NCBI GenBank assembly: GCA_010015805.1 | Contig: ML978136.1 | Span: 186,001 to 250,000 of the forward strand | Source: Rhizodiscina lignyota | Taxonomy: Eukaryota | Length of the DNA stretch: 64,000 bases | Reading direction: 5' to 3' | Program-made: the position numbers and the translations under genes | Notes under the pieces: model-generated | Told to the model about the DNA's origin: nothing | Database searches by the model: none | What the model saw: the letters and a program-made list of their open reading frames with translations, nothing else | Shown here: positions 1-11,246 of the stretch, piece after piece | How the letters are laid out: every line of letters begins with the position of its first letter | How positions within the stretch are numbered: the stretch's first letter is position 1

Positions 1-1
1 T

Positions 2-2224
2 GATGTGCCATCCGCCGCATACTTCGGTCAGCCATCATGTGGTATCTTCGAAGAACAAACCGGTCCAAATGCATGGTGTCCACAGACAATCTACAACAAC
101 TACGCTCCACAGCTCAATGTGCCACCTCAATTGAGTAATGCGGAGCCTAGCTGGGGCACGAGTTGTATGATTGATGACCTTGGCGTTTGGGATCCCCCAC
201 TGGCATTGCAATCGGATGGGGTATTGGACGCACCTAAGCCGACACCTGCAGAGACGACGACAAAACACGACAGTCCAACGCCACAGCCACAGGGTAAGCC
301 AACGTCTACTCCATCGAAGACTCACAGTTCAGACGGAGGAAGTGATCCGAGAACGACGTCAGCTGGCGATGGAGGTTTACCTGGGGCGATAGCAAGCATA
401 TTGGATCAATCAAAGAGCAAGGAAGCTGCCCCAGCAGATCCATCAACCGGTTCATCAGGGCAAGGTTCTGGAGTAAGTGGCTCGGAGTCCAACAGTGGAG
501 GCAAGAATTCAGTGTCCAGCTCGGGCAGTGACTCGGAGTCTAATCCACAAGGTTCGAGCTCAGGATCTGACCCTTCATCATCGGAGTCTCATCACGACTC
601 TAGCTCTGGGTCGAATGAAAGCTCGCCAGGCCCGAGTTTGAAATCAGAGCCGAACAGTGGTTCCAACAGTGGCTCGAACGGAGGGCCTCACACGGGGTCC
701 AACTCGAATTCAGGCTCCGGTCCTAGCTCTAGCCAAGAATCTGGATCATCTGGTTCTCACCCTGAATCAGGAGAATCTGACTCGAACTCAGGCGAAAACA
801 ACGCAGAATCCAACGTAAATGCTGACGGGACTGGCTCGGATTCGAAATCTGGTTCCAACAGACAGAAGCAAAGTAGCTCAGACACAGGCTCAATCTCAAA
901 CGATGTACCGAACGGTGGATCTGACTCTGGAAATGGCGCGACAGAGATCGCTTCGAACGGCCCCAAAACCGTCGGTGTGGTAGGCGGACAATCAGTTGCG
1001 CCTGATCCCGTTAATTCCAACAATGCTATCATCGGTAGCCAAACTTTCCATCCTGGTGAACAAACCACTATCAACAGTGTACCTGTATCTGTTGGCAGCG
1101 GTGGAAAGGTTATTGTGGGAGGATCCTCAACAATTGTGCCTGCAGCCGCTGGTGATCCGACACCAAAGGCAATTGCAAAAGTCGGTGGTGTTTCCGTTTT
1201 GGCTGATCCAGGCACTACAGACGCCATCATTGTAGCAGGACACATGGTATCAGATGGCCAAGCCACTGTTATTGACAACACTCCTGTTGCAGTTTCAAGC
1301 GGACACGTTGTCATCGGAGGAAGCGGAAACGCTCCTGCTTCTACCGTCGCTATTCCAACTTCAATGCCAACACACCTTGGATCTGGCTCATACGTACCAG
1401 GCAATCCTGTCGTTATAAACTCTGGACACGTCGTTGTTGCAGGGTCTACACTATCTGCTGGTCAACAAGCGACCATTGACGGTACTGTCGTTTCCGCTGG
1501 AAGTTCGCAGGTTGTCATCGGCTCCTCCATAATAACCCTACCTACATCGAGCCCAAATGTTGGTTATACCACGAACATAGGCGGCCAACGAATCATTCTG
1601 ACCTCCGGCCACATTATAGTCGCAGGTTCAACGCTCTCAATCGGCCAGGAAACCACCATTGACGGCATCGGTATCTCGGCCGGGTCTACTCAGGCGGTAA
1701 TTGGATCCTCCACAATTGCAGTTCCAACAGGCGCTGCAAGTGTTGGATACACTACTGACATCGGAGACCAAGAGATCGTCTTAAGCTCGGGTCACATTAT
1801 TGTTGGAGGTTCAACGCTTTCACCTGGCCAGAAATCTACCCTTGATGGTACCGTTGTATCAGCCGGGTCGACTGAGGCAGTAATTGGATCATCGACAATT
1901 GCCATTCCGACGTTGGGACCGACGGATTCTGTGTATAGCACTGACATCGACGGCAAACCGATCATCGTTAAATCCGGCCATGTTATGGTTGGCGGCTCGA
2001 CGCTCTCTACGGGTCACAGAACAACAATAGACGGCGTTATCGTGTCGGCTGGCTCTACACAAGTTGTAGTTGGATCGAAGACCGTTCCTGTAACTTCGTC
2101 TGGTCCGGTTTCACCCGCGATCGAGACCACCACTGAAGTTACAGGTTCATCTTCTTCGATACACGTTGATTATCGCCTCCTAACCATTTTCGCGAGTGCA
2201 TGGCTGGCTTTTATGGCTCTGTAA
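2..2224 (+). CDS. Ser/Gly/Thr-rich cell-surface protein with tandem beta-rich repeats and a C-terminal hydrophobic (GPI-signal-like) tail; 5' end lies outside the window
   Basis: Frame is open from the window edge. It has a Cys-containing N-terminal part, a long S/G/N low-complexity linker, about 6 repeats of SGH[VI][VI]V[AG]GSTLS.GQ..TIDG..VSAGS...VIGS, and ends GSSSSIHVDYRLLTIFASAWLAFMAL. Confidence 0.8.
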   Translation, partial: DVPSAAYFGQPSCGIFEEQTGPNAWCPQTIYNNYAPQLNVPPQLSNAEPSWGTSCMIDDLGVWDPPLALQSDGVLDAPKPTPAETTTKHDSPTPQPQGKPTSTPSKTHSSDGGSDPRTTSAGDGGLPGAIASILDQSKSKEAAPADPSTGSSGQGSGVSGSESNSGGKNSVSSSGSDSESNPQGSSSGSDPSSSESHHDSSSGSNESSPGPSLKSEPNSGSNSGSNGGPHTGSNSNSGSGPSSSQESGSSGSHPESGESDSNSGENNAESNVNADGTGSDSKSGSNRQKQSSSDTGSISNDVPNGGSDSGNGATEIASNGPKTVGVVGGQSVAPDPVNSNNAIIGSQTFHPGEQTTINSVPVSVGSGGKVIVGGSSTIVPAAAGDPTPKAIAKVGGVSVLADPGTTDAIIVAGHMVSDGQATVIDNTPVAVSSGHVVIGGSGNAPASTVAIPTSMPTHLGSGSYVPGNPVVINSGHVVVAGSTLSAGQQATIDGTVVSAGSSQVVIGSSIITLPTSSPNVGYTTNIGGQRIILTSGHIIVAGSTLSIGQETTIDGIGISAGSTQAVIGSSTIAVPTGAASVGYTTDIGDQEIVLSSGHIIVGGSTLSPGQKSTLDGTVVSAGSTEAVIGSSTIAIPTLGPTDSVYSTDIDGKPIIVKSGHVMVGGSTLSTGHRTTIDGVIVSAGSTQVVVGSKTVPVTSSGPVSPAIETTTEVTGSSSSIHVDYRLLTIFASAWLAFMAL
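1421..2090 (+). repeat. Coding tandem repeat, 61-62 aa unit, 4 clear copies (2 more diverged copies upstream)
   Basis: SGH codons start at 1421, 1604, 1787 and 1973, a spacing of 183/183/186 nt. Confidence 0.85.
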
Positions 2225-2723
2225 TGTCAATACGGCACTGGTCATTTTTAGATTCAATATTTCGTTTTGCAGCACCTGTATAAGATGATCATCGGTGATC
2301 TCGACAATGACAGGGACAATGATAGCATAAAGATATATTTATTCGTAGCATTTTGCACTTTGTTCGTTCTGCTTCTCATCATGTTAGTGGCGGCGAGTTG
2401 GCAGCAGAGCGCGACAAAGGCAGAACTGCAGAGATTGGAGAACCAGAGCAATATGCCTTTGGGAGTTAAAGGAGGTGATCAAGCAGCGCTGCTTGTATGG
2501 TTTGGATTCGTGCAGGTGCTTATCATGGCCGGTCTATCATTTTAGTGTATTATTCAGGTTCTATAACTGGCGTGCGAAATGGCAGGCTGAACTGTTCTGT
2601 CGGCTCCAGATTACGGCTTTGATTGCTTATCTTGCCATCCATCTGTTGCCAGATGGATCGGAGTGAGAGCAATGTTCGGCCGTTTATTCGCCGCAGGTAC
2701 GAAGCCAATAATATATCAATATA

Positions 2724-3668
2724 TCACAGCTTCGGTTTAGTCCACCCACCAGCGCTACTGACCACACTCCCTCCATCGACCGGAATTGTCGCCCCATTGA
2801 TGTATGCCCCGGCTCTCGAGCTCAAAAACAGACACGTGCCAGCAACATCCTGCGGCGAGCCGATCCTGCCCAGCGGTATACCCGCCTCGATCACATCCTT
2901 CATATCCCGCAGCGTCGCCGCCATCATCTTGCTCTCGAATGGCCCGCATGCCAGCGCATTGCTCGTGATATTCCGCTTCCCTAGATGGCTCGCGAGCACC
3001 CTGCTCAAATGGTGCAGGCCTGCTTTGGAGCTGCTGTACGCAAATGTCTCGAGCGAGGGAACCTTGAGCCCGTCGATGCTGCCAATGTTGATGATGCGTG
3101 CAGGGTCGAGTGGGGAGGCGGCGGCTTCGAGGAGGGGTGTGAGGAGTTGGGTTATGGTGAAGACGCGATGAAGGTTCAGGGTGAGAACGCGGACCCATGC
3201 TGTATCAGGGTACTCCGAATATGGCGCGCCCCAGTTGCTGCCACTATTGTTGACTAGCACATGGAGCTCTGCGAAGGGGTGGAGTCAGCAATGCGGCTGC
3301 GCAACAAAAGACGGATTGAGCGCACTCTTCTCCCTCTTGCTCAGTTCCTCCGCAAGCTTCTTACAGTCCTCTTCCTTGTAGAAATTCGCAGGTATTGCAA
3401 ATGCCTTTCCTTTCCCCAGAGCATTGAGCTCTTTGCATGCCTGTTCACAGGCTTTGGCATCGCGTGACGATATGTAGACTCTCGCTCCGTTCGCTACAAA
3501 GCCTTCCGATATCATGCGCCCGACGCCCTTTGCTCCGCCTGTTACGAGGACAACTTTGTCCTAGGGGAATGTCAGTTACGAAGCACTCTGGGAATGTATG
3601 TTTGGAATACAGAAAGTAGCAGTCTCAAGTAAACTGACCTTGACATTGAACAGCGATGCCACATCCAT
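2724..3668 (-). CDS. Short-chain dehydrogenase/reductase (RhlG/3-oxoacyl-ACP reductase-like) with a PTS1-like C-terminus (PKL); exons 3639-3668, 3326-3560, 2724-3268
   Basis: Spliced product is MDVASLFNVK-DKVVLVTGGAKGVG...LVNNSG...NIGS...YSSSK (YxxxK)...PLGRIG.P.D..G...FL.S; introns are canonical GT-AG. Confidence 0.92.
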
Positions 3669-3848
3669 AGTGACGATAGACCAACTTTTGGCTATAGGAT
3701 TGAAGACTAGAGCTCAATGATTTGAAAGACGGTGGCACTGGAGCTTAGTTTGCTGAGTAGAAGATCTGTTATTGCCCTATGAAGGGCAGATGCGTAGGAT
3801 ACTACATTTTCTGTGCTCATCGTAGAGTGCTCTATAATCAAAATGAAG

Positions 3849-3854
3849 CCGAGG
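3849..3854. promoter_or_regulatory. CCGAGG/CCTCGG FarA/FarB-type fatty-acid response motif about 180 nt upstream of the SDR start
   Basis: Exact hexamer; fits a PTS1-like SDR, but a single hexamer is weak evidence. Confidence 0.35.
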
Positions 3855-4515
3855 CACTCATTGTACCGAAATTTCCCATTTGGGATTCCTAATCGAAGAT
3901 GTCACGTGCTTTGCTAAAGATGCATGTTCGTCTGAAGTTCGACATATTTATTTAGCAGCCACATGTGTGTATATTAGTATATACGGATTAGAGTTGGCAA
4001 ATTAATTTCTTGATGCTCTAACAATTTGTCGGCGTAATGCAAAATTCAAGCTAAATGCCAATTCGATGAGGACAAGAGGGTGGCAAAGCATGAGCTTTTC
4101 AAAAATTTGGGATTATGGATTAACGAATTGCTTTAACCAGACTGTGTCTGGTGCCCTCGTTGGGACTTTGGGTATATAATGCCCTCGCACGACGGTACTC
4201 TCGTCGCCGGTTGTAGGTAAGAAATCCATTTTGCCCATGCCAATCACTGGCTGTAGAAAAACGCCCCTAGAAGTACTCCCCAGTCATGAGACTTTTGATG
4301 ATTGAAAACCGAAGGATGAGAGATGTCCATTTTCCATGCCACAGACCGTAAGATGCCCCAGCGCCGATGCTAATGTTGAGGAGTCTCGATGCGAGAGTCA
4401 GGACCAGCTCGCTAGACCTTGACGCTATGCAGAAAGGAAATTCGTAGATGCTGAAACGTGAAAGTAGTCTTCTCGGGATAACCGAAGACCAGAAGTCGAA
4501 TGCGAATTTGAGTCG

Positions 4516-4965
4516 CTAGTGCTTCGAAAGCGAGCGGACCCTGTCCCACGCCGCACCGAGCCTTGAGTGGCTGCTCTCATCACTCATCACCGAGCTAGAC
4601 GATCCAGAGCGGCGCGATTTCATGTCGTCGATGGCATTGCCTGCACCTCCACGACCGATGTGATACACCGGCGCCTGGTGCTCCATCATCTTGCGCTGGT
4701 GTTCGAGTTCTTCGTCGAAGCTGAAGATGGCGCGCTCGCGATGCTGGTGAAAGTTGCCGGCGCCTCCGCGGCCAGCGAGATAGTAACCGTTGGACGCCGG
4801 TTGAGAGAGCTTGGTGCGGGATGCCGGGCCTTGCGCAGTAGCTCCTGAGGTTGTCTCTTTGGGGTCAACGTAGGCGTAGTTGCCTGCGCCGCCACGGCCG
4901 GCGTGGATGTAGTGAGAAGATGGAACAGAAGGGTGTGGCTCCGTGATCTGGTATTGTGACGGCAT
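4516..4965 (-). CDS. DUF3602 / Par32-like small protein with three GRGGAGN motifs
   Basis: MPSQYQ...HAGRGGAGNY...AGRGGAGNF...FSFDEEL...HIGRGGAGNA; TATAAAA on the minus strand at about 5115-5121. Confidence 0.85.
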   Translation of the reverse strand: MPSQYQITEPHPSVPSSHYIHAGRGGAGNYAYVDPKETTSGATAQGPASRTKLSQPASNGYYLAGRGGAGNFHQHRERAIFSFDEELEHQRKMMEHQAPVYHIGRGGAGNAIDDMKSRRSGSSSSVMSDESSHSRLGAAWDRVRSLSKH

Positions 4966-5595
4966 TTTGGTGATGATGACGATGTGATGAAGGTGAAAGC
5001 AGGAGTGAGATTCTTTGAATATGTAATGAGGCAAACTTGAGTGGCGACTCTCGAGAGATGGAGTATTTGAGTTGAAGTATGACTAGGCACTTACGGTAGC
5101 AGGCGAGGCAGATCTTTTATAAGGGCACGAGGCTGGCCCAGAGATCATGGTGAAAATTCTGTCCGCATTGGTAATTACAACGTAAGGAAATGTCACGATG
5201 CAGTACGTCAATGGGACGAGGCAGATGGGTCACGAGGCGAGGACACCGCCGCCATTGCCTTGGATAGCCGACTTGGCCGCCATTGCGCTTTGCAGTTAAC
5301 GACAAGCACTTTGCAGTTAACGGCATTCAAAGGCGTAGCAGGAGGCGTCAGCTGTTGTATTGGCCTTTTGCGCTCCCTCTTCGCCCGGAGCCGGGGGTGG
5401 CAGAAAAGTACCTGAAAATCCTGCAGCCTCCTGGTCGCCAGCGTCGTCTCGCCACCTCGGCCAACCACAGCGCGGCATTGCGATGTCGTTACGTTATTCG
5501 CGTCCAGAAAGTTCGCCTCGTGGAGCGTTGATTGGCCAGTCGCTATGCCTAGCCGGACGCCGCTATAGCTGGGGGGCAGAGTCACCTGAATTCTT

Positions 5596-5649
5596 ATTAC
5601 CCCCGAGAAACGTCAGTTTGTATGGCCTCCCCAGTTTCTCGGGGGTAAT
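5596..5649. repeat. Perfect 16-bp inverted repeat with a 22-nt spacer
   Basis: attacccccgagaaac (5596-5611) pairs with gtttctcgggggtaat (5634-5649). Confidence 0.9.
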
Positions 5650-6482
5650 GGGAATTGCACCACATCATCATGTCCTCAGAGGCCTGGTGAAAAATTCGAT
5701 ACGTTGCATGAACTTGGCGAATGCGGTGAGGGGGGCCCCGAAACGGCTCCTTTTCCATTCTTCGAGATAGGTCTTGAGAACCTGTCGCTTCGCAGCATGT
5801 CCGTTTCCTGCGCGGTGAGCACATTCCACCACTGTGGCTCACTACACACGACAACAAGTGAAACTCATGGCACGGCCCGCATTGGATGACAGATCTATGA
5901 ATAGCTTCAAACGTGGTATTTCAATAGTGATCCTCCAATCGCCAATTCCAGGCCCAGGACGTAGCGCTCATACGACCAAAACGAAAATCTATGACTACTT
6001 GTACTACAGTGCCTACAAATGAGAAGTGTGGCGAGAGCTTTCCCCGCATTTTAGTACTGTCGATGGAGCTAAACGTCTGGGGTAGCAGTGATAGTCCGAC
6101 CCCTGGCTTCAGAGAGCCATTTTGGCGTGGAAAGGTTAATGCGTGAGTGTGGACGTGCTGGAAAACGTGGAGTTTGATTTGTGGGGAAGCGGTCAGCATG
6201 GAAACGTGTTGCCGCCGGGTAGGGTGTACTGAAATCATCCGGTCCTCGCAGCGGGAGGTCGGATAAGAGCGTTCGTTGAACGTTTCAATGCCTGGAGTCT
6301 AATATCCGGAACCTCTCCTCCAGACCCACAGGACGAAGTGGTTCATGATTGATGGTTTTCCAATTGTTAATATAGACAAGACGTGATTGCCGTGAACTCG
6401 AGGCTCTACTGTCGGTGCCGCAAGTCTCCAGGGTATATGATGCAAGAACGCACAATTCATTGAAGCATGCACCTTCATCTCA

Positions 6483-7815
6483 TCACGCAAACTTAGTGTG
6501 GATGATGTCGGGATTCTCTTGCCATTCATCCTTCTCGACCCACATCTGAAGGAACCACATTAGCAATGTCATGTCTCATATCAGCTCGACGCGTTTCATA
6601 CCTTCTTGAAGGTGCTCAGTCCAGCCAAGATACTTCCACCTGTCCACGTGGTATACTTTCTCTCCGGTGGTGCGAAGATTTTGATCCTCATATCCTTGAC
6701 GGCCAGTCTCTGCACTTCGTACAACAATCGGTCGCCAAATCCTTTCGTGAGCGTTGAACCGCCTGACAGCACAATGCTGCCGAACAGGGACTTTCGTAGG
6801 TCCATGTCCGTCTTGGAAATGGCGTCAACGACGATTTGATGTATGCCTGGGTACTCCACACCAATCAACTCAGGGTTGAATAGGATTTCGGGTGCCCGAA
6901 ATCTCTCTGCGCCAATCTAGGATTGACATTAGTAACGCCAAAATCAGTGTCAGTCTCCTGATCCATACCTTGAGCTTCTTGCCATCAGGCAGAGTGAAGT
7001 TCATGCTCTTTGAATCCGCTCTCGCACTGCTGCCCGTCCATTCTTTCTCTTCCTTGTTCGGATCCAACGCCACGTAACCAGTAGTCTCCTTGATCTTTCT
7101 TACAATCTCCTTCTCTGCACTGGTGTGAAACACGTATCCCGCTTTCCGCAACAACATCTGCATATGCTCTGTCACGTCTCGACCAGCAACATCTATTCGT
7201 TGTATGCTGTTCGGTATCGCGAAGCCTTCATACACCGGAACTGCGTGTGACACTCCATCTCCAGAATCAAGGACTATGCCTGTTGTTCGTCCAGACGCAT
7301 ATAATGAGAGGACAGCTTGTATCGACGTGTAGAGTGCGGGTACGTTGAATGTCTCGAACAAAATCTGTGCTGCATAATCTCGATTTTGCCGTGGATTTAA
7401 TGGAGGTTCTGTGAGCAGCACAGGATGCTACACCCAATTAGTCTCCTATCCTGCCGTTTCAATCCAGCCCTTCCTCGATACACCTAGCTCGAACAAAGGT
7501 GCAACTCACATCTTCGCTAACAGTTTTCAACTCCTCCGTGTAAACATACTGCCAAATCCGCTCCATATCATCCCAATCTGTGACAATCCCATGTTCAAGG
7601 GGATAGTTAATCTTCAACAGCCCTCTCAGCTCTTCCGCTCTCGGTCCAATAAACACATCTCCTTCTAACGCCCCGGCTAAGGCGCGAACGTGCTTCGGCC
7701 GCCCCACGAACGACGGGAAGTAGCACTTGGGAAGGTCCTGGCCCGCGAAACCAGCGCGTATAGTCCCACTACCGTTGTCAAGCACGATCGGGGCGTTGAG
7801 GAGGCGCGAGCCCAT
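6483..7815 (-). CDS. ARP1: Actin-related protein 1 (centractin, dynactin subunit); exons 7510-7815, 6969-7427, 6602-6916, 6483-6545
   Basis: [77 protein letters not shown]; canonical introns restore a full actin-fold protein. Confidence 0.95.
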
Positions 7816-8341
7816 GTTGGGCGAATACGTAGAGGCGAGAGGTGGACGGTGGACTAGCGCATGAGGAGATGGATGGGCTTGGTGGTGCGGTGTAGCTTTT
7901 TGGATATTCAATTGGCGTCACAAAAAGTCGCGTGGAGCTCAACGCCAGACGCGGTTGCAGGGATGAGGTTAGTGGCAGATCAGCTAGAACTAATCCGGTT
8001 AAGCCTGGTTAGAGCGCTCTACCCCGTAAATATTGGCGCTCCAAGAACTGTCCTGCTGTCTCCTTGCGTACGGAGTAGAGACCAAACATCTCCTACAGAA
8101 TTACTCTGTACCAGGGACATGATTTCCGGATTTCCAAGTATGAAACCACCAATCAAGTACAACAGGAATACAGGTATGGCTCATTAACTGTCGCGTCATC
8201 TTAACGCTCAAAGCTGCCGACGCCAGCCTTGTGAGAGCTACCTTGCAATTGGAGAATGTGAAAGTCCTTCTGCTGCAAATCTAATGCGTTGAAAACGCTT
8301 CCTCTATTCCATATCAGCACATTTGGTTGTTGCTTTTCACC

Positions 8342-11123
8342 ATGATTAAGAGAATATTTCGTATCAAAAAAGGTCGCCCTCCTGCTCTGGGCACTCCTGA
8401 CAGAGACATCTCTGACAAGGCTGAAGGATTGTCCTCTTCGGTGAAAGAGGAGAAGTCAAAGGAAGAGAAGGCTACAGAAGCAATTCAATTGTTGGACCCT
8501 CCATCTCCTTTTGAGGAATGGATCAGCCACGTCGACACAACTACAATATTTGCACCTCTGCCACTTCAGCGCAAAGCGTATTTCGAAACTTGGGCCTCGG
8601 AGGTGAGGGAGATGCTCGAGGATTTAGGCCAAAACAGATTGATCGTGGAAAAAAGCACGGATGTTGGAAATGCCAACGAGAACCTCGAACGTATCTCTAA
8701 ATTTACACAGCTTCTCGAGGATTCAAGCCCTAAGGGACTGATCACGGACAAAAACGTAGACGCCAGAGAAGCTACTGAGAATAACGCAGAAGACGTACCC
8801 GAATATTATGCAATTGACATGACGAAGTCGAAAAGATGGATAGCTGAGCGTCTTCCACCGAAGGTCATCAACCATCTATTCATTCAATGGTTTCTACAGC
8901 AATTGCCGGAATATCTTGCGGCATCTTTATCTAAATACATCGAGAAGTATAAGGACGCAAAAAGCCAGAAGGTTTGGCGCGAAATTTGTCGAATGGTTGA
9001 TATTTGTCCGTTGTGCAACAATCTCACTGTGGAAACATTCTACACAAGCGTCCCCTTTGCATATTTGCAGCACGCTGTAGACGATGGCTGTGAGCACTGC
9101 AAACTTTTACTCACAATCATGGAATTTCTCGATTTTCGCCATACTGCTGGCCCAGAAGCCGACGCCGAGGTTATTCAATACGCAGGAATGGAGATACGAC
9201 GCAACACCTTCTTGGATTCCTGGTCGGGGTCAAAGATTTTCAATTTTGAAGGGGGATTTGCACCTATGCTCGCAGCTCAGCTATATGACCTCTCAGGTGA
9301 TGGCATCTTCTAATCCAAGTGGCACTGCTAATCATCTCAAAGTCCCTGCGCATGTTATTAGCTCCGAGCTCTCTTCTGACAGTAAAGCAAAGAACTCTCT
9401 CACGCTCGCTAAAGTCTGGTTACACCACTGCCGTGAAGCGCATCCTTCCTGTCGTAATCAATACCCAGACTTCATGCCAGACAGGCTTCTGCGCATCAGC
9501 AAAGCCTCAAAAGATCCCGTGTTGATCCAGGGCAAATTTGAGCCTGCTCCATACGTTGCTCTTTTATATTGTTGGGGCAATGCCAAGGACATACTCGTTA
9601 CGAATCGAAATAACCTTGAAGAGCATCTTGACAGAATTGTCCTAGACTCACTTCCATTGGTAGGTCTATGGATGATACAAACTGTGCCTCTCCTCGGAGG
9701 ACTATCCTTTGCTAACTATCTTTAGGTGCTGCAGGACGCTGCGACTGTGTGCCGACTCCTCGATGTCGATTACCTCTGGGTCGACTCCCTCTGTATTATT
9801 CAAAACGACGAAGACCAAAGGGACTGGAGTCAGCAGTCTGCTCAAATGCGCAAGATCTACTCCGGGGCAGAACTTGTCATTGCGGTTGAGAGCTCTCCCG
9901 ACTGCACAATTGGATTTCTAGAAGGACAAGACACACAGGTTCCGTGGAGGCCATTTGAATTCGAACACGACGGCCGGAAGACGATTTATTTTGCAAAAGT
10001 GCCTTCGTTATCTGAAAGCATCGGAAGTATCCAAACAACGAGCCTTTCGAGACGTGGATGGGCCATGCAAGAAGTCATCCTTCCCAACCGCATACTGCAC
10101 TTCACAGAGCGCGAGATGATCTGGGAATGCAATACCAACTGTCGATGCGCGTGTGGTACACCAACTCACGGCCTATGGAAGCTCGATATGCAGTTCATTA
10201 CCAACAGCGGAGCTGGAACGGCTTGGACCAAGGCAACTCGGAAATATTGTGATGAAGGATCGGACGCAAATTCGCGACATCTTGAGGACTTTTTGCGAAT
10301 AAGAACTACCACTGCGGTCATATGGGCATGGGAACGCTTGGTTGAATTGTACTCACAGCGTCAGCTGACAGTAGCATCCGACAAACTGAGCGCTATCTCT
10401 GGCTTGGTTCAGAGCTTTCAGGACATACTGGGCAATGGCCGCAATCATTATATAGCTGGCCTCTGGAAAGACAAACTCGTGAAAGGCCTACTTTGGCACG
10501 TTACTGGAAGCCCTCCTTCAAAGCGTCCTGCTCAGTGGCGTGCCCCGACCTGGAGCTGGGCATCAATTGACGGTGGCATCGGCTACTTTCTTGAAAGCTA
10601 CCAATTCAGCTTCGAGGAACAGCTCGAAATTCTCCGCGTAGTGTGCGCAACCGGTCCTTTTGATCCTACGGGACGGATATCTGACGCTTACATCGAGGTG
10701 CGAGGGATACTTCAATCGGTGCGAGTCCACGTGCAGAACGCCAGCCAGAGCAGCGAGCATAGCTATTATGTGGGATGCTGCGGGAAGCCTCGACGGGCCC
10801 ATGATTTTCAAATTACCAGAGTCTCGCGGTCTAATGCTCGGAAAGCTCGGGAGTTCGAAGTGCTTCCCGATCTAGCAATGGATGTTGGTTCCTTCTATCT
10901 CGGCTACTTCTGCTTAAAACTCGGACGGACCTACTCTGCTACATGAACAGGAGAACGGCATTGGTGGTTGCTACTACGACAGACTTCTAGTATACATGCC
11001 AGGCCAGACCTGATTGCATATGAGAGAGTGGGGATCGGTAGTTTCGACTCATCCAGCACTATAGTGGACTCACAGCTCTTCTCAGGATCGGGGGTATTTA
11101 AAGCGCATTGTCTTCTTATCTAA
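8342..11123 (+). pseudogene. HET (heterokaryon incompatibility) domain protein; introns 9297-9342 and 9660-9725; premature TGA at 10944-10946 with the frame continuing to TAA at 11121-11123 (truncated gene or pseudogene)
   Basis: W...C...H..C, P.RLL, YVALLYCWG, LP..LQDA..VC..L...YLWVDSLCIIQ, M..IY..A, LSRRGWAMQE..L..R.LHF, YSQRQLT..SDKL.AISG, Y.AGLW, WRAPTWSWAS; the YERVGIG motif lies beyond the stop. Confidence 0.85.
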
Positions 11124-11246
11124 TCAAATACAGTGACACAGCGACGGTGGGTTATGAGTTATGATTGGGCGCAATACTCTCCATGGCAGATCGGCGAGCC
11201 TGGCGAGCCGAGTATACAATATGTCGCAATGAATCTGTTCCACCTT

